Source of the DNA: Eledone cirrhosa
Lineage: Eukaryota
DNA length: 64,000 bases
Direction: 5' to 3'
NCBI GenBank assembly: GCA_964016885.1
Contig: OZ024742.1
Location: 183,396,001 to 183,460,000 of the forward strand
In this document: positions 33,496 through 47,665 of the stretch, piece by piece
Layout: every line of letters begins with the position of its first letter
How positions within the stretch are numbered: position 1 is the stretch's first letter
Notes under the pieces: generated by a model
The model's input: only the letters and a program-made list of their open reading frames with translations
Database searches by the model: none
Told to the model about the DNA's origin: nothing
Program-made: the position numbers and the translations under genes

Positions 33496-33745
33496 GAAAA
33501 GTATAGAAATTATTATGAGCAAGAAGCACACAGTATTTCATAATATATAGGTAACTATAGTGTCAAAATGGGAAAATAGTTAACGTAAGATGTGGGAAAA
33601 ATAATTCAAACTCAATTCCAAAAGAATCAGGATATAGATTCATCCAACAGAATTTAGTGAAATCCGGGGAAAAATCAATAGAGCCTTAACTCGTGATAAA
33701 ATAAAGTCTAAAGTACTCATCCTTCAATTTGGAAAAACTAAAAAT

Positions 33746-33825
33746 GCTCTGTATAGTCTTGAAAAGACTATTTCACGAAACTTTCAGTGGGGATGGTCAC
33801 GGTTGGATTCGATCATCAGCAGAGC
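33746..33825 (-). ncRNA. Hammerhead ribozyme motif, family H
   Basis: Minus strand: GCTCTG CTGATGA T-CGAA..TTCG-T GAA ATAGTCTT-TTC-AAGACTAT A CAGAGC; 6-bp stem I, 8-bp stem III. Confidence 0.8.
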
Positions 33826-33948
33826 TCAACACGATAACCAAAATCTCACTGATTATAATATGCCAAAAGGGAATTTAAAAGCAGGCTAGTTCGACATCAT
33901 GCGTAATTATGAAAATAAAACGCACATGTGGAGACATATATATATATA

Positions 33949-34034
<86 letters not shown>

Positions 34035-34110
34035 GTTGTAACATAAATTCCGGCCATTGTTATAACACTTCTTAATAAAAAAAACGGCGTCAATTTATGT
34101 TACAACCCAA

Positions 34111-34470
34111 TACATACATGATGGCTGCCCCCTCGTTATCGAGTATCGCCATTGCACGATATACCATTATTAATAATTATTAATTAATTCTATCGTGCAA
34201 TGCCTGTGCATGAAGCTATTCTTTAAAGTGAGGAAAGACTGTGCACTGAGCCAATCCCACTCTCTGAGCGACAGTAGCTATAACCCGAAAAGAAGAAAAG
34301 ATCAACATCATCGGTTACTACTGAGCCGCAGGTTTTATATCGGAGTTATCCCAGTTTCCTGAGTTGCCTTCTCCTAGAAGAATGCCCTGACAAAGGCTAG
34401 GGGCCCTTCACTCGCAGTGGTTTAACCGCGCGATCGGGTGTCCAGTCCGACTATTTCTATGTCCCCTCAC
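34111..34470 (-). mobile_element. Non-autonomous retroposon (RTE-related UTR-like), second subfamily
   Basis: Inverted homologue of 36490-36825; (TACA)n tail. Confidence 0.6.
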
Positions 34471-34850
34471 ATATACACACACATGCACCCATGTATATAC
34501 ACATATACATATACATACATATGTACATGTGTATATACATATTTACACACTTTTGGATGGCCGTTGACTCTTATGAGTTACTGGGTTACATGTTACCAGT
34601 AGCACTCAAGAGTGACCCGACATAACATACATACATACATACATACATACATACATACATACATACATACATACATACATACATACATACATACAATACA
34701 GAGATCTTTATTTTATAATATAAATGACTTCTACAGTACTAGAACTGTTTCAATTTGTTTTCTGATTGTTGCATAAGTGTGCTCTGAAATGAATATTTTC
34801 AAATCTTACTTCCTCTTTAAGAACAATGAAATTGACTATTTTGTTATTTG

Positions 34851-35255
<405 letters not shown>

Positions 35256-35372
35256 TATATACATAATAAACGACATAATATAATTATTTCATTACCGAAG
35301 GTTTCAAGAAATAGTTCTGTACAATACATAGAGCACTTCTCTTCCTTCTTTTACCTTTTTTACGGAAATACG

Positions 35373-35477
<105 letters not shown>

Positions 35478-35656
35478 TGTGTTTGTGTGTTTGTGTGTCT
35501 GTGTCTGTGTCCAAAATAGTGGGGGCGCACATGAGAAAGACAACGGAAAAAATAACTGAAAAGCAGACAGACCCATCTCCTTAGTCAACCTCTGCAAATC
35601 CCGAGAGTTTCAGTGCATTAACATGTATGTATGTTTGTATGTATGGATGTATGTAT

Positions 35657-36825
35657 GTCGGGTCACTCTTGAGTGCTCTGGTAACATGTAAGCCAGTACA
35701 ACCTGTCGCATGGTCGGGTCGTCGGCGACTAAACCGGCAATCCTACCAAGTTTACAGGACGAAAAACAATACCTGACAAACGTCGGAAGAATTGATAAGA
35801 GTCAATGGCCATTTAAAAATGTGTAAATATATATATACATATGTATATATGTATATATGTATATGAATGTATATATATATATATGTATATGTATATGTCA
35901 GGTCGCTCTCGGCTGCTACTGGTAATATGTAACCCAGTACAACCTGTCTCATGGTCGGGTCAGCAGCGACTAAACCGGCAACCCCACCAAGCTAGCTTGG
36001 TGAGGAGGGTGATATTTGGACACCCTGCGGGATGAAATACAAGACCTGGCAAAGGGCGGAGGAATTCAGCAGAGTCAACGGCCATCCAAATAGTAGTTTT
36101 GGGGGTGGGTGGGGGGGTTTCACCTGGGAGTGAAAGGCACCTAGTTGTTGCCACAACACCTTTCTAGGAGAGGGGAACTCTGAAAAAAAAACCTGCGGCT
36201 TCGTAAGCACAGGTGAGGTTGACTATTTTCCCTTTTCAGGTAGTGTTTTCGATGCTCAGAGAGTGGGATTAGTCGAGTGCAAGGCCTTTCCCCACTTAAA
36301 AACCTTCAAAGCACAGGCATTGATTGTTCAGGATATGTTACAGGTTTGTGTGGCTGGCGCTAGCCTAACATTGCACCAAACTCTATAATCTAACAAGCGA
36401 TTGCAATACTCTTAGCAGTGTTTGCAGCCATCATATGCATATATACATATGTGTATATATGCGCGGGGACATAGAAATAATCGAGCTGGATACCCGGTCG
36501 CGCGGTTAAACCACTCGGAGTGAAGGACCCCTAGCCTTTGTCAGGGCATTCTTTTAGGAGATGGCAACTTAGGAAATTGGGATAACTCCGACATAAAACC
36601 TGCGGCTCAGTAGTTACCGATGATGTTGATCTTTTCTTCTTTTCGGGCTATAGCTACTGTCGCTCAGAGAGTGGGATTGGCTCAGTGCACAGTCTTTCTT
36701 CACTTTAAAAAAAATCTTCACGCTCAGGCATTGGACGATAGCTTAATTGACAATTATTAATAATGTTATATCGTGCAATGGCCATACTCGATAACGAGGA
36801 GGCAGCCATCATGTATGTATGTATG
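35657..36825 (+). mobile_element. Cluster of three RTE-related non-autonomous fragments
   Basis: GGTAACATGTAA..CCAGTACAACCTGTC..GGCGACTAAACCGGCAA occurs twice and is homologous to the reverse complement of 8700-8885. The last copy ends GGCAGCCATC(ATGT)n. Confidence 0.55.
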
Positions 36826-36899
36826 TTTGTGTATATGTGTGTGGATGTGGAGGTATTATTAAGTTAACCCTATCCAATATGAAAGTAAACAAATACAAT

Positions 36900-37215
36900 A
36901 AAACCTAAACAACCCTAGACATACTGTACCCAGTTCCCCATACCATCATGTCTTATATGTTATAACATCGTTCACTCATCCAAAAATTCACCACAAAAAT
37001 AATTATCAATTAATCAACAAAATCTTGAAACCAAAAAGCAAGGATAAAACCGTAAACTGAAATCCGAAATCAAGACGAGAGCTCCTTGAAAAGTACAATA
37101 TTGCTTTCTCATTTAGACACAAGGACAACTTATTTGGAGAAGAAGGCAAAGTCAAGTAAGTCAACTTCATACTTGACCGATACTTTATTCCATCGGCCAT
37201 GGAAGAATACATTTA
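36900..37215 (+). pseudogene. Possible decayed LINE ORF2 C-terminus
   Basis: A-rich coding-like strand ending ..LDRYFIPSAMEEYI*. Resemblance only. Confidence 0.3.
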
Positions 37216-37224
37216 AAAAAAATA

Positions 37225-38478
37225 ATATTGGTTTCTGATTTAGGCACAAGGCCAACAATATTTTGGGAGGGGAAAGTCGATTAAATCGATCCCAATGCAT
37301 TGCTGGTACTTTATTTTATCAATCCAGTAAGGATGGAAGACAAAAAGCTAACCTCGGCAGGATTTTAACTCAGAACGTAAAGCGGCATAACCCTATGCCA
37401 TAAAACATGTTGTCCGACGCTCTACCAATACTCCCAATCCACAGCCCTAGGGGTTTTAATAATATTAAAATTAATAATAAAAACTGCCTGAATGTATCCC
37501 TTGTTAACCCGCACAAAGTGGTATGGTTCCTTTTAATTTAATCTGAACATACTGCAGGTTTTGATGGTCTTATTATTCGCACCAGTCACGAAGTTGGGGA
37601 TTTTCTCAGACCTGCGTATACCAAGTTGTTTTAAAAGCAGCCTTTCCTCGCCTCGTCGTAACTACATTGCTGAGTTGTGAGAGATTTCTCGAGGCTCACA
37701 GCTTCATTTTAACGGCCTCAGGTGGATTAAAAGGCTAAGTTGACCTCGGAATATGAAGCCATAATGTAAGGAGCCGTAACGAAACACTGCAAGTGAGAGT
37801 TAGGGTTAGGGTTTCCAATGCACTGACGATTCTGCCAATCCACCGCTTTAACTATAATTGTTTCTACATTTGACACAAGGCCAGCAATATTTGGGGGAGG
37901 GGAAGTCGATTACATGGCCCTCAGTACTTGACTAGTACTTTATTTTATCGACCCTAGAATGATGAAAGGCAAAGCAAACCTTGGCGGGATTTGAACTCAT
38001 AACGTAAAGAACTGTATCGTTAGTTGTTTTTCTTCTGGTTCTTTACATTCTGAGATCAGATCCCGCCGAGGTCAGCCTTGCCTTTCATCCTTCTGGGGTC
38101 GATAAAATAAAGTACATGTAGAATACAAAGTCGTATTAATCGACTTACCCCCTCGACACCACCCCCACCACCACAATTCCTGCTATTGGGCCAAAAGTAG
38201 AAACCATTAAAGTGTGGTGGGTTGGTAGAATTGTTTGTATATGTTCCGGTTCTTTAACGTTTGAGTTCAAATCCCACTGAAGTAAAATTTGCTTTTCATA
38301 AATCCAGGGTCGATAAAATAAAAACACCAGTAATTGACTTCCCCTCACTCAAATTGCTGTCCTTGAGTTCAAATCCCACCGAGGTTAACTTTGCCTTTCA
38401 TCCTTACGGGGTCGATAAAATAAAGTACCAGTAATACACTGGCTGATTGCTGACCTTGTGCCAAAAGTAGAAACACTT
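37225..38478. mobile_element. Cluster of about six tRNA-derived SINE copies (three minus, then three plus)
   Basis: Repeated B box and GCCTTTCATCC..GTCGATAAAATAAAGTAC motifs. Confidence 0.8.
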
Positions 38479-38605
38479 ATCTTTATGTTATTATCTTTAT
38501 GTTATTATCTTTATGTTATTATCTTTATGTTATTATCTTTATGTTATTATCTTTATGTTATTATCTTTATATTATTATCTTTATATTATTATCTTTATAT
38601 TATCA
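38477..38605. repeat. 14-bp minisatellite (TTATCTTTATGTTA)n
   Basis: About 9 units, directly after a SINE tail. Confidence 0.9.
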
Positions 38606-39506
38606 ATTATGACCTTGTGCCAATTTTAGAAATCACTACAGATTAAATAAATAACTAAATAAATAGATGAATAAATATAAAATTGAATAATGAGCAACAG
38701 ATTATTATTATTATTATTATTAAATAAAATAAAAGGAATATACAAATACAATTATCAACAAATGTTGTCATCATCACCGATAATATTATTTATAACGTTC
38801 ATTGAAATGTTATTTACAAGAAAAGTAAAAAAAATAAGAGAGAAATGAAAAAGAAAGAAAGACATATATATATATGTACATATAAAAGCTTTCAACGAGG
38901 TGTATACGACAATTGCCGACCTTAGTCGAAGATTGTCGAAGTGGTTTCGACGTAGAGTTACGAGGAATGTAATAAGTGGAAGGAGGAGAAGAGAGAAGAG
39001 AATGAGAAAATCTGTGAAGGAAAAAGAATTGCTGAAAGAACGACTAAAAAGGAAGTGATGGGGGGTAGGAAGAGGGATAGGGAAGGGTAGATAAAGGGGT
39101 GTGAAAGGGAAAAAAAAGGGGGGGGGGTGAGGAAAAAATAACAAAATATACAGAACGAACAACAAAAATTAAAAAGACCAAAATAATCAAACACTGACAT
39201 ATGTGTGTGCGAGTATACACGCGCGCGCACACACATACACACACATATATATATATTCATTATAATTCCTATATATATTATGTATATATTTATATATATA
39301 TATATATTTTCTATACCTTTCATTTATATATATATATATATATACATTTATTCATTATAATTCATATATATATATTAGGTATATATATATGGATATATAT
39401 ATATATATATCTATAAAAAAAACATAAGAAAGAATACATATATACATATATATATATATATAAAAAACATAAGAAAAAATACATATATACATATATACAT
39501 TTATAC

Positions 39507-39557
<51 letters not shown>

Positions 39558-39635
39558 TATATACATATATATATATACATATATATATATATTTATAGTA
39601 ATAGTTATTTTAATAAATATATATATTTATATATT

Positions 39636-39756
<121 letters not shown>

Positions 39757-42001
39757 ATATATAAATCAACCAGAAATTTCTGTAGCTGAAGGAGGAAGAG
39801 TTTAAAAATAAAACAATATATAAATGACAAAATAACGAAAAAAAGCCAAAAGATAAAAAAACAGTAAAAAAAATCATCCAATGAAAGAAAGTAAAAATAA
39901 AAGTTCCCCTCCTTCTTCCCTCTCTCTTTCTCTCTCACTCCCACCTCCACCCCAGTATGTGTGAGAACAGAAGTGCTTTCCTCTATAAATAGACAGAGGT
40001 CATTGAGCATGGGCGGAGCGGTGTTGTGGTGGTAGTAGTGCTGGTGGTGGTGTTGATGACGGTGGTACTGGATGTGGTGGTGCGGGTGCAGTGTGGTGGC
40101 GGTGTTATTAAAGTTGTTGTTTGTGGTGGTGGTGTTGCTGGTGAAATTACTGGATGTGGTGGTGATGGTGGTAGTTGAGTTAGAGGGGGTGTTGGAGATG
40201 GTTGTGGTGAGGTACTGGTGTTTATGATAGTGGAGGTGGTATTGATGGCGGCGATTGTGATAGTGCTGGTGGAGGTTGAGGTAATGGTGGTGATTATAGT
40301 GGTGGTCGTGGTGGTGATGATGGTGTTATTGAGGTCTGTGACAGATATTTGGCGAGATAAAATGTGACTTGAGGGAGAAAAGGTGGGAGTTAAGGCAATA
40401 TGAGAGAAAAGAGAGGCGGTGGGAGGCGAGAAATACAGAAAAGTAGAGAGTGTGAGAGAAAGAAAAAGGAAAAAGAGTGCCAGTATAAATGATGAAGAGT
40501 AAAAGTAATGAAAATCGACAGAGAGAAACGAGCAATGTAGAAAACGACAAAAAGAAAGAAGAAAATAGAGAGAATGGTGCTCATACTATAGAGAGAGGTG
40601 TAGAGAAGGCCATATATTAAATGGAGGGAATATAGAGGACATATATGTTTTATAGAGAGGGAGGTAAGAAGTGTAGAGAGAGGTATAAAAACAAAGGTAA
40701 TAATCATAACAAGGAACATAAAAGCAAAAAATACAAAATGGATACAAAGTATGAGAGAGGGAAGAGTAATAAAGTAAAAGAGAGAGGGTAGACAAGTAAG
40801 GCCGAGGAAGTAAGAGAGAGAGAGACGGTAGAAAGTAACAAGGGAGGTTATGCGTGTACGAGTGAGAGAGTGAGTGAGTGTGTGTGTGTGCGTGCGTAAG
40901 CGTTGCTAAAGTGTGAGATAGAGAGAGAGAGAGTAAGGGTGTAGAAGACCATAAGTGTGTATGTAAGTATCTATACGAATATATTAATGTGTGTGAAAGA
41001 GATGGTAAGAGTCTAAGAGACCAAGCGAGTGTGAATACGTATATGTATATGTCTTTGTCTGTGTATGTGAATGTGTGTATGTGTGCGTGTGTGGCTGGTT
41101 GGTAACGTGTGAGATAAAGAGAGAATTGGAAAAGAGTAAGAACCCAAAAGAGTGTGTGTACATGTGAATATATATATGCTTGTAAAAGTGTGTGTGCGTT
41201 TATATGTGTATGCATGTATGTATGTGTGATGTGTGTGCGTGCGTATAAATGTGTATTTATGCATGTATGTTGTGTGTGTATGTGTATCTCCATGTATGTG
41301 TCTGTATGTATATGTATGTGTGTGTGGTTGATAAATGTATGTGTGGTTGGTAACGTGTGAAAGGGAAAAAGGAGGAAGATACATAACAGGATCATAAAAC
41401 AAAACCAAACAAAACGTCACAAAACGAAACAAAACAAAGAAAAGAAGGGAAAAAATTCACTGAATACAATGAGGGTGGGAGGGGCTGGGTACTAGAAAGG
41501 GTGGGAGGCAAAATTGAAGCAGTGATGGGTGAAGGTGTAAGAGGAGGGAGGAGATAAAGAAATAGTAAGCGGGGAATGTGAAGGGAGGGGTAATATAAAA
41601 GAAGTAAGCGGAGAATGTGAAGGTTGAAAGAGAAGGGTGGAGGAGGCATAGCAATAGTGAGGGGAGGGAGGGGAATGTAAGGGGTGAAGGAAGAGGAGCG
41701 GAAGGTATAAAGACATTGAGGGGGAATGTGAATGGCGAAGGAAGAGGAGGGGGATGAGATTTGAGAGTTATGTAGAGTATTAGTAAATGTAATGAGTAAG
41801 TGGATGGGGTGTAGAGGAGAGATGCTCTTAAATTGAGAGAGAAAGAGGGTGAGAGAGGGGAAAGACAGAGGTAGAGGTAAGGGGAGGGAATGAGGATGAG
41901 AATTGTGACACATGCATAGATAAATAGGTGAGTTGTTAGATAGAGCGATAGATACATAGATAGATAGCCAGATGGAGAGATAGACATATAGAAGGATAAA
42001 G

Positions 42002-42057
<56 letters not shown>

Positions 42058-42079
42058 ATATATAGTTTTTATCTTTTTT

Positions 42080-42112
<33 letters not shown>

Positions 42113-42789
42113 GAGAGAGAGAAAGAAAGAGAGGGAAAGAAGTGAGAGAGAAATAAAGCTTTATGAATGACGGAACGTATTAGATATTGTAGGAACAAAT
42201 GAAAGAAAGGGTAAAATGCAGACGTGGTTGTGGCGGTGGTAGCGGAGGTTGTGACGGTGTAGGTGTAGTGGTGAAAGAGAGAGTGAAAGAGGGGTGGAAT
42301 GAGGGGAAAAAGAGATAAAAGAGAAGACAAGAAAGAGTGAAATTCAATAAAGAGTAGTATTGAGAGAGAAAAAAAATGAGGCAGAGTAAGAGAAAAGAGA
42401 AAGGGTGTATGTGTAAGTGTAGGGAAAGAGCGACTGAGTGAGATATAGAGTATGTTAGCATAGAAATACGAAGGGGAGGATAGAGAAGCTATAGTGTTCA
42501 AGTAAGAGAAAGAGATAGAAAATGAGAGGGATTTGTTGGCGAGGGAAGAAGCAAAACGAATGTAAATCGAGCCGGTTTACAAAATCTACTGCTTGGTTTA
42601 TCCGGTAGATGCTATCCCATCGTTCCTTGCCAACTCGATCGTCTGGTCATCCATTAATATTCTATACCAACGAGGGAAGCTTAGCTAGTCCTACACCTTA
42701 TTATAGCAAAGAAATGACAGGCAAATAATTTTGATCGAGAAGAGGAGAGACTAATGGTTTAATGTCATTGTGTGAGTGTGTGTGTGTGC

Positions 42790-42824
<35 letters not shown>

Positions 42825-42877
42825 TGTGTTTATATTCCATATTATATATGTCAATGTATATATGTGTGTGTATAAAT

Positions 42878-42928
<51 letters not shown>

Positions 42929-43549
42929 CGGGTAAAATTCCCGAGATGGTTCTTTTATATATATATACTGGTAATAAGGTAATTAAGAAATCACTGACCT
43001 TCCTGCTTATAGTTGTTTATACTATATACATAACTATAAATAGTATTATTATTATATATATATATATATAATATAAGTACCAGTAATACACTGGGATAAT
43101 TGCTGGCCTTGTGCCAAAAGTAGAAACAATTATATATATATGGGTGTGTGTGTGTGTCGTTTTTGTTCCTATCACCTTTTATCAATCCGTTTATTTTCCG
43201 TTTCTCTCTAAATAAATAAATATGAATATATATATATTATATATTGTGACAGGGAAAATAAACGAATTGATAAAAGGTGATAGAAACAAAAACGAGAGAG
43301 TGAGAAAGAAACGTGAAAAGAATGAGATAAGGGAAAGAGAGAGAGAGAGAGCAAATATGTAGAGGGAAGTAGCTAAAAAATGTAAGCCAGAGAGGGAGAA
43401 AATATTTAGAGAAGGAAAAGGAAAGGCAGAGCAGCGTAAAGTGAAGGAAAGGGAAATAAAATATAGAGAAGGAAAAAGAAAAACTGAGAATGGAAGAGAG
43501 AGAGGAAAAAAGAAAAAGGTAAATATACAAAATAAAAAGAAAACCAGAG

Positions 43550-44439
43550 AAAACGAGAGAGAACAGAGAAAGCGAGAGAGAGAGCAGAGAAAGCGAGAGA
43601 GAATAGAGAAAGCGAGAGAGCGAGAGAGAGCAGAGAAAGCGAGAGAGAACAGAGAAAGCGAGAAAGAGCAGAGAAAGCGAGAGAGAGCAGAGAAAGCGAG
43701 AGAGAACAGAGAAAGCGAGAGAGAGAGCAGAGAAAGCGAGAGAGAACAGAGAAAGCGAGAGAGCGAGAGAGAGAACAGAGAAAGCGAGAGAGAGAGCAGA
43801 GAAAGCGAGAGAGAACAGAGAAAGCGAGAAAGAGCAGAGAAAGCGAGAGAGAGCGAGAGAGAACAGAGAAAGCGAGAGAGAACAGAGAAAGCAAGCGAGA
43901 GAGAGAGCAGAGAAAGCGAGAGAGAACAGAGAAAGCGAGAGAGAGAGCAGAGAAAGCGAGAACAGAGAAAGCGAGAGAGAGCCGAGAGAGAACAGAGAAA
44001 GCGAGAGAGAACAGAGAAAGCAAGCGAGAGAGAACAGAGAAAGCGAGAGAGAGAGAGAGCAGAGAAAGCGAGAGAGAACAGGGAAAGCGAGAGAGAGAGC
44101 AGAGAAAGCGAGAACAAAGAAAGCGAGAGAGAGCCGAGAGAGAACAGAGAAAGCGAGAGAGAGAACAGAGAAAGCGAGAGAGAGAGCAGAGAAAGCGAGA
44201 ACAGAGAAAGCGAGAGAGAGCCGAGAGAGAACAGAGAAAGCGAGAGAGAGAACAGAGAAAGCGAGAGAGAGAGCAGAGAAAGCGAGAACAGAGAAAGCGA
44301 GAGAGAGCAGAGAAAGCGAGAGAGAGCAGAGAAAGCGAGAGAGAGCCGAGAGAGCGAGAGAGAGAGCAGAGAAAGCGAGAGAGAGCCGAGAGAGCAGAGA
44401 AAGCGAGAGAGAACAGATAAAGCGAGAGAGAACAGAGAA

Positions 44440-44475
<36 letters not shown>
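43550..44475. repeat. Polypurine minisatellite (AGAGAAAGCGAGAGAGAAC/GC variants)
   Basis: About 19-23-bp units; almost no T on the plus strand. Confidence 0.95.
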
Positions 44476-44478
<3 letters not shown>

Positions 44479-45023
44479 CAGACAGCATGGAAGATAGAGA
44501 CAGAGAATAAACAAAGCAAGAATAGGAAAGCAGGATGGAGAAAGAGTAAAAGAAAGAGTGAGAAAAATATAATAAGAAGGGCGAAAGGAAGACTGAAATG
44601 AACCAATGAAATGTAAAAGGCTATGTTTAACCTTTGACACAGGAATGTTGTAAGGTAGGAAGGGGAGGGAGAGAGACAAGTAGACGGGGTGTAAGGCAGA
44701 GGTTAGGGATGTAATAAAATAAAAACTCAATTAGTGGCTTGTAATAAACAAATCATCTTTCTCTGTCACAGCTACAGACGTATATACATGTGCACACACA
44801 CACACGCACACGCACACACATACATATATATAAGGGTGTTCCCACAAAATGTATACACGTATTAGAATGCTGTTGAAGTGTGTATACATTTTGGGAGACA
44901 CTGTATATACACATAGATACATGCATACATATCTGTCTATCTATCTAACTATATATATGTGTCTATCTTTAAATAAAGAAATATATGTATGTTTATATGT
45001 ATGTATACATGTATGTATATATG

Positions 45024-45116
<93 letters not shown>

Positions 45117-45223
45117 ATAATAATAAAATTGAAGACTAAAATCCAAAGAGAAGATCCCGTTAAGGGTGAAAGCAGCGATTCTTTGCTTAAACTTTAATCT
45201 GTTATTTTAATATATATATATAT

Positions 45224-45413
45224 AGGAACAAGTATGACCCCGACGGCAGAGCTCAAGCCGTTTCGGCAGCTAATTCTGGACTGAATTAGCCGTCGAAACG
45301 GTTTGAGCTCTGCCGTCGGGGTCATACTTGTTCCTATTACCCCCTCTACTACCCTAACTATTCAGTACTTTGGTGCGTTATGGTCCATGTGGTTCCTTAC
45401 CACATTTCATTCG

Positions 45414-45415
<2 letters not shown>
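45224..45415 (+). mobile_element. F3 hairpin element
   Basis: Same family; apex CTGGACTG as at 21047-21054. Confidence 0.85.
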
Positions 45416-45461
<46 letters not shown>

Positions 45462-45559
45462 ATAATAATAAATTTGAAGACTAAAATCCAAAGAGGGCTT
45501 GATAAGGATAAATATAATCTGTTATTTTAATAAATATATATATATATATATATATATGA

Positions 45560-45593
<34 letters not shown>

Positions 45594-45775
45594 ATATGTA
45601 TATGAGTGTGTGTGTATATATATATATATGAGTGTGTGTGTGTATATAAATACATATATATGTATGTATATATATATGAGTGATATATGAGTGTGTGTGT
45701 GCATATATATACATATATGTGTGTGTATATACATATATATATACACACTTGTTCCCGTATAAATGTGCACTATAT

Positions 45776-45817
<42 letters not shown>

Positions 45818-45906
45818 TATGTGTGTATATATATATATATATATGTGTGTGTATATATATATACATATATATATGAGTGTGTGTGTGTATATATATATAT
45901 ATATGA

Positions 45907-45953
<47 letters not shown>

Positions 45954-46003
45954 TGTGTGTGTATGTGTGTATATATATATATATATATATGAGTGTGTGT
46001 GTG

Positions 46004-46034
<31 letters not shown>

Positions 46035-46796
46035 AAATATCTGAGGCAATTTCGGCTTGTAAACATAAATTGCACAAAACTTTCCTGTATTACAGCCCCA
46101 CATTGTACCCTAACCGAAAGTACGAACTATACGCGGATATTTTACGTCCTGATGTGGTAGCTAAGTATGTTATGTTAATACCATTACTTATTCGTATAGG
46201 TAAGTATATATTACCTGTATGTTTTGTGAAGGTACGTATATTTTCTCGTACGTATATTTGCTTGTATATGTTATTGGCGTATATATTATATATACTGGTA
46301 CATGTGCATTTGGTTATGTGTATACGTGAGTTTTTGTCTGTGTGAGAATGCGGGTTCGTACGTATGTAGGGTGTGTTTATGTGTGTACTTTGAGTTTTGG
46401 TTGACGTACGTCCGCGAACATATGTGTATTTACATGTGGGTGTGTGTGTTCGCGCGTTGGATACGTATTTATGTGTGTATATTTATATACGTTTATTTAA
46501 TTATGTATACACGCACACACATGTGTATATATATGTGTTTTTATTTATTATTTTTATGTGTATTTGGTGTATTCGTTCGTATGAGTGCGGTTGGCGTTGC
46601 GTGGGTTCTGTATGAGCGTGTGTTTTTTTTTATTTTATGTACGTGCTTGTTTTTGCATACCCATGGGGAGTGTTTTCGCGTATGCTTGTGTATGTACATA
46701 TATGGATGTGTGTATGTATATATTTAATTTCAATTACCTCTGTATTTTATTTACTTTATTCTTAACTCTGAAGCCGAGAATCATTCGGTTTCCTAA

Positions 46797-47085
46797 ATAG
46801 AATTTTAGTCTACGACTTCACTTATACCATTTTCGTGGTTTTGTCTTTGCGTGTAATTGTTCTCATTGCTCCACATAATGACGTGTTATATTCGACTTTT
46901 CCGTTCATTGCCAGAGAACGTCTCCATGAACCACCTAATAGAATATAGTCTACGACTTCATTTATACCATAAACGTGGTTTTGTCTTCGCGTGTAATTGT
47001 TTTCACTGCACCAAATAATGACGTATTATCTTCGTTTTTTTCCCGTTCTTTGCCAGGGAACGTCTCCACGAACCAAACTATCGTC
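46797..47085. repeat. About 140-bp imperfect tandem duplication in a pLTR-like region; diverged inverted relative at about 61520-61725
   Basis: ATAGAAT..TAGTCTACGACTTCA..TTATACCAT..GAACGTCTCCA occurs twice. Confidence 0.8.
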
Positions 47086-47153
47086 TTCCTCTCTTCCTTC
47101 GGTGGCAACGTTTTTTGAAATATTTACTTCTGCGTTCACAGATTGACTTTTTT

Positions 47154-47204
47154 AGTTTCAGAAGATCCCGTTAAGGGTGAAAGCAGTGATTCTTTGCTTA
47201 AACT
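47154..47204 (+). ncRNA. Hammerhead-like motif, family I (core CAGAAGA); truncated second copy at 45149-45195
   Basis: AGTTT CAGAAGA T-CCC-GTTAA-GGG-T GAA AGCA..TGCT T AAACT. Distal pairing ACAGATTG/TAATCTGT. Confidence 0.6.
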
Positions 47205-47245
47205 TTAATCTGTTATTTTAATAAATATATACATATATATATATG

Positions 47246-47315
<70 letters not shown>

Positions 47316-47369
47316 AGAGAGAGAGAGAAAGAGTCAAACATATTTACAACCACAGACCACACACACTCA

Positions 47370-47422
<53 letters not shown>

Positions 47423-47509
47423 TTGTGTGTGTGTTTGTGTGTGTGTGCATGTATACACAGTTATAAACGTCTAGTTATACATATATAAATATGTGTTGTA
47501 TGCATGTAT

Positions 47510-47558
<49 letters not shown>

Positions 47559-47600
47559 CGATATATTAACAAATGGAAACTATATTTATAAAACCATATT

Positions 47601-47665
47601 TATTTCATTATACATATTTCAAGGACACCAAGTTAAATTATGGTGTGCTTTCATCAGATAAAATA
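47601..47665 (-). ncRNA. Hammerhead motif, family D relative (element about 47560-48090; plus arm from 47898 truncated within the core)
   Basis: Minus strand: TATTTTAT CTGATGA AAG-C-ACACCA..TGGTGT-C-CTT GAA ATATGTAT A ATGAAATA. Confidence 0.75.

Noticed and set aside
37797-37813. TTAGGG units suggesting interstitial telomere (also near 56913)
   Set aside because: Only one or two units; the first lies inside a SINE.
43191-44730. Long RE-rich and SL-rich ORFs
   Set aside because: Produced by a polypurine satellite that is open in several frames on both strands.
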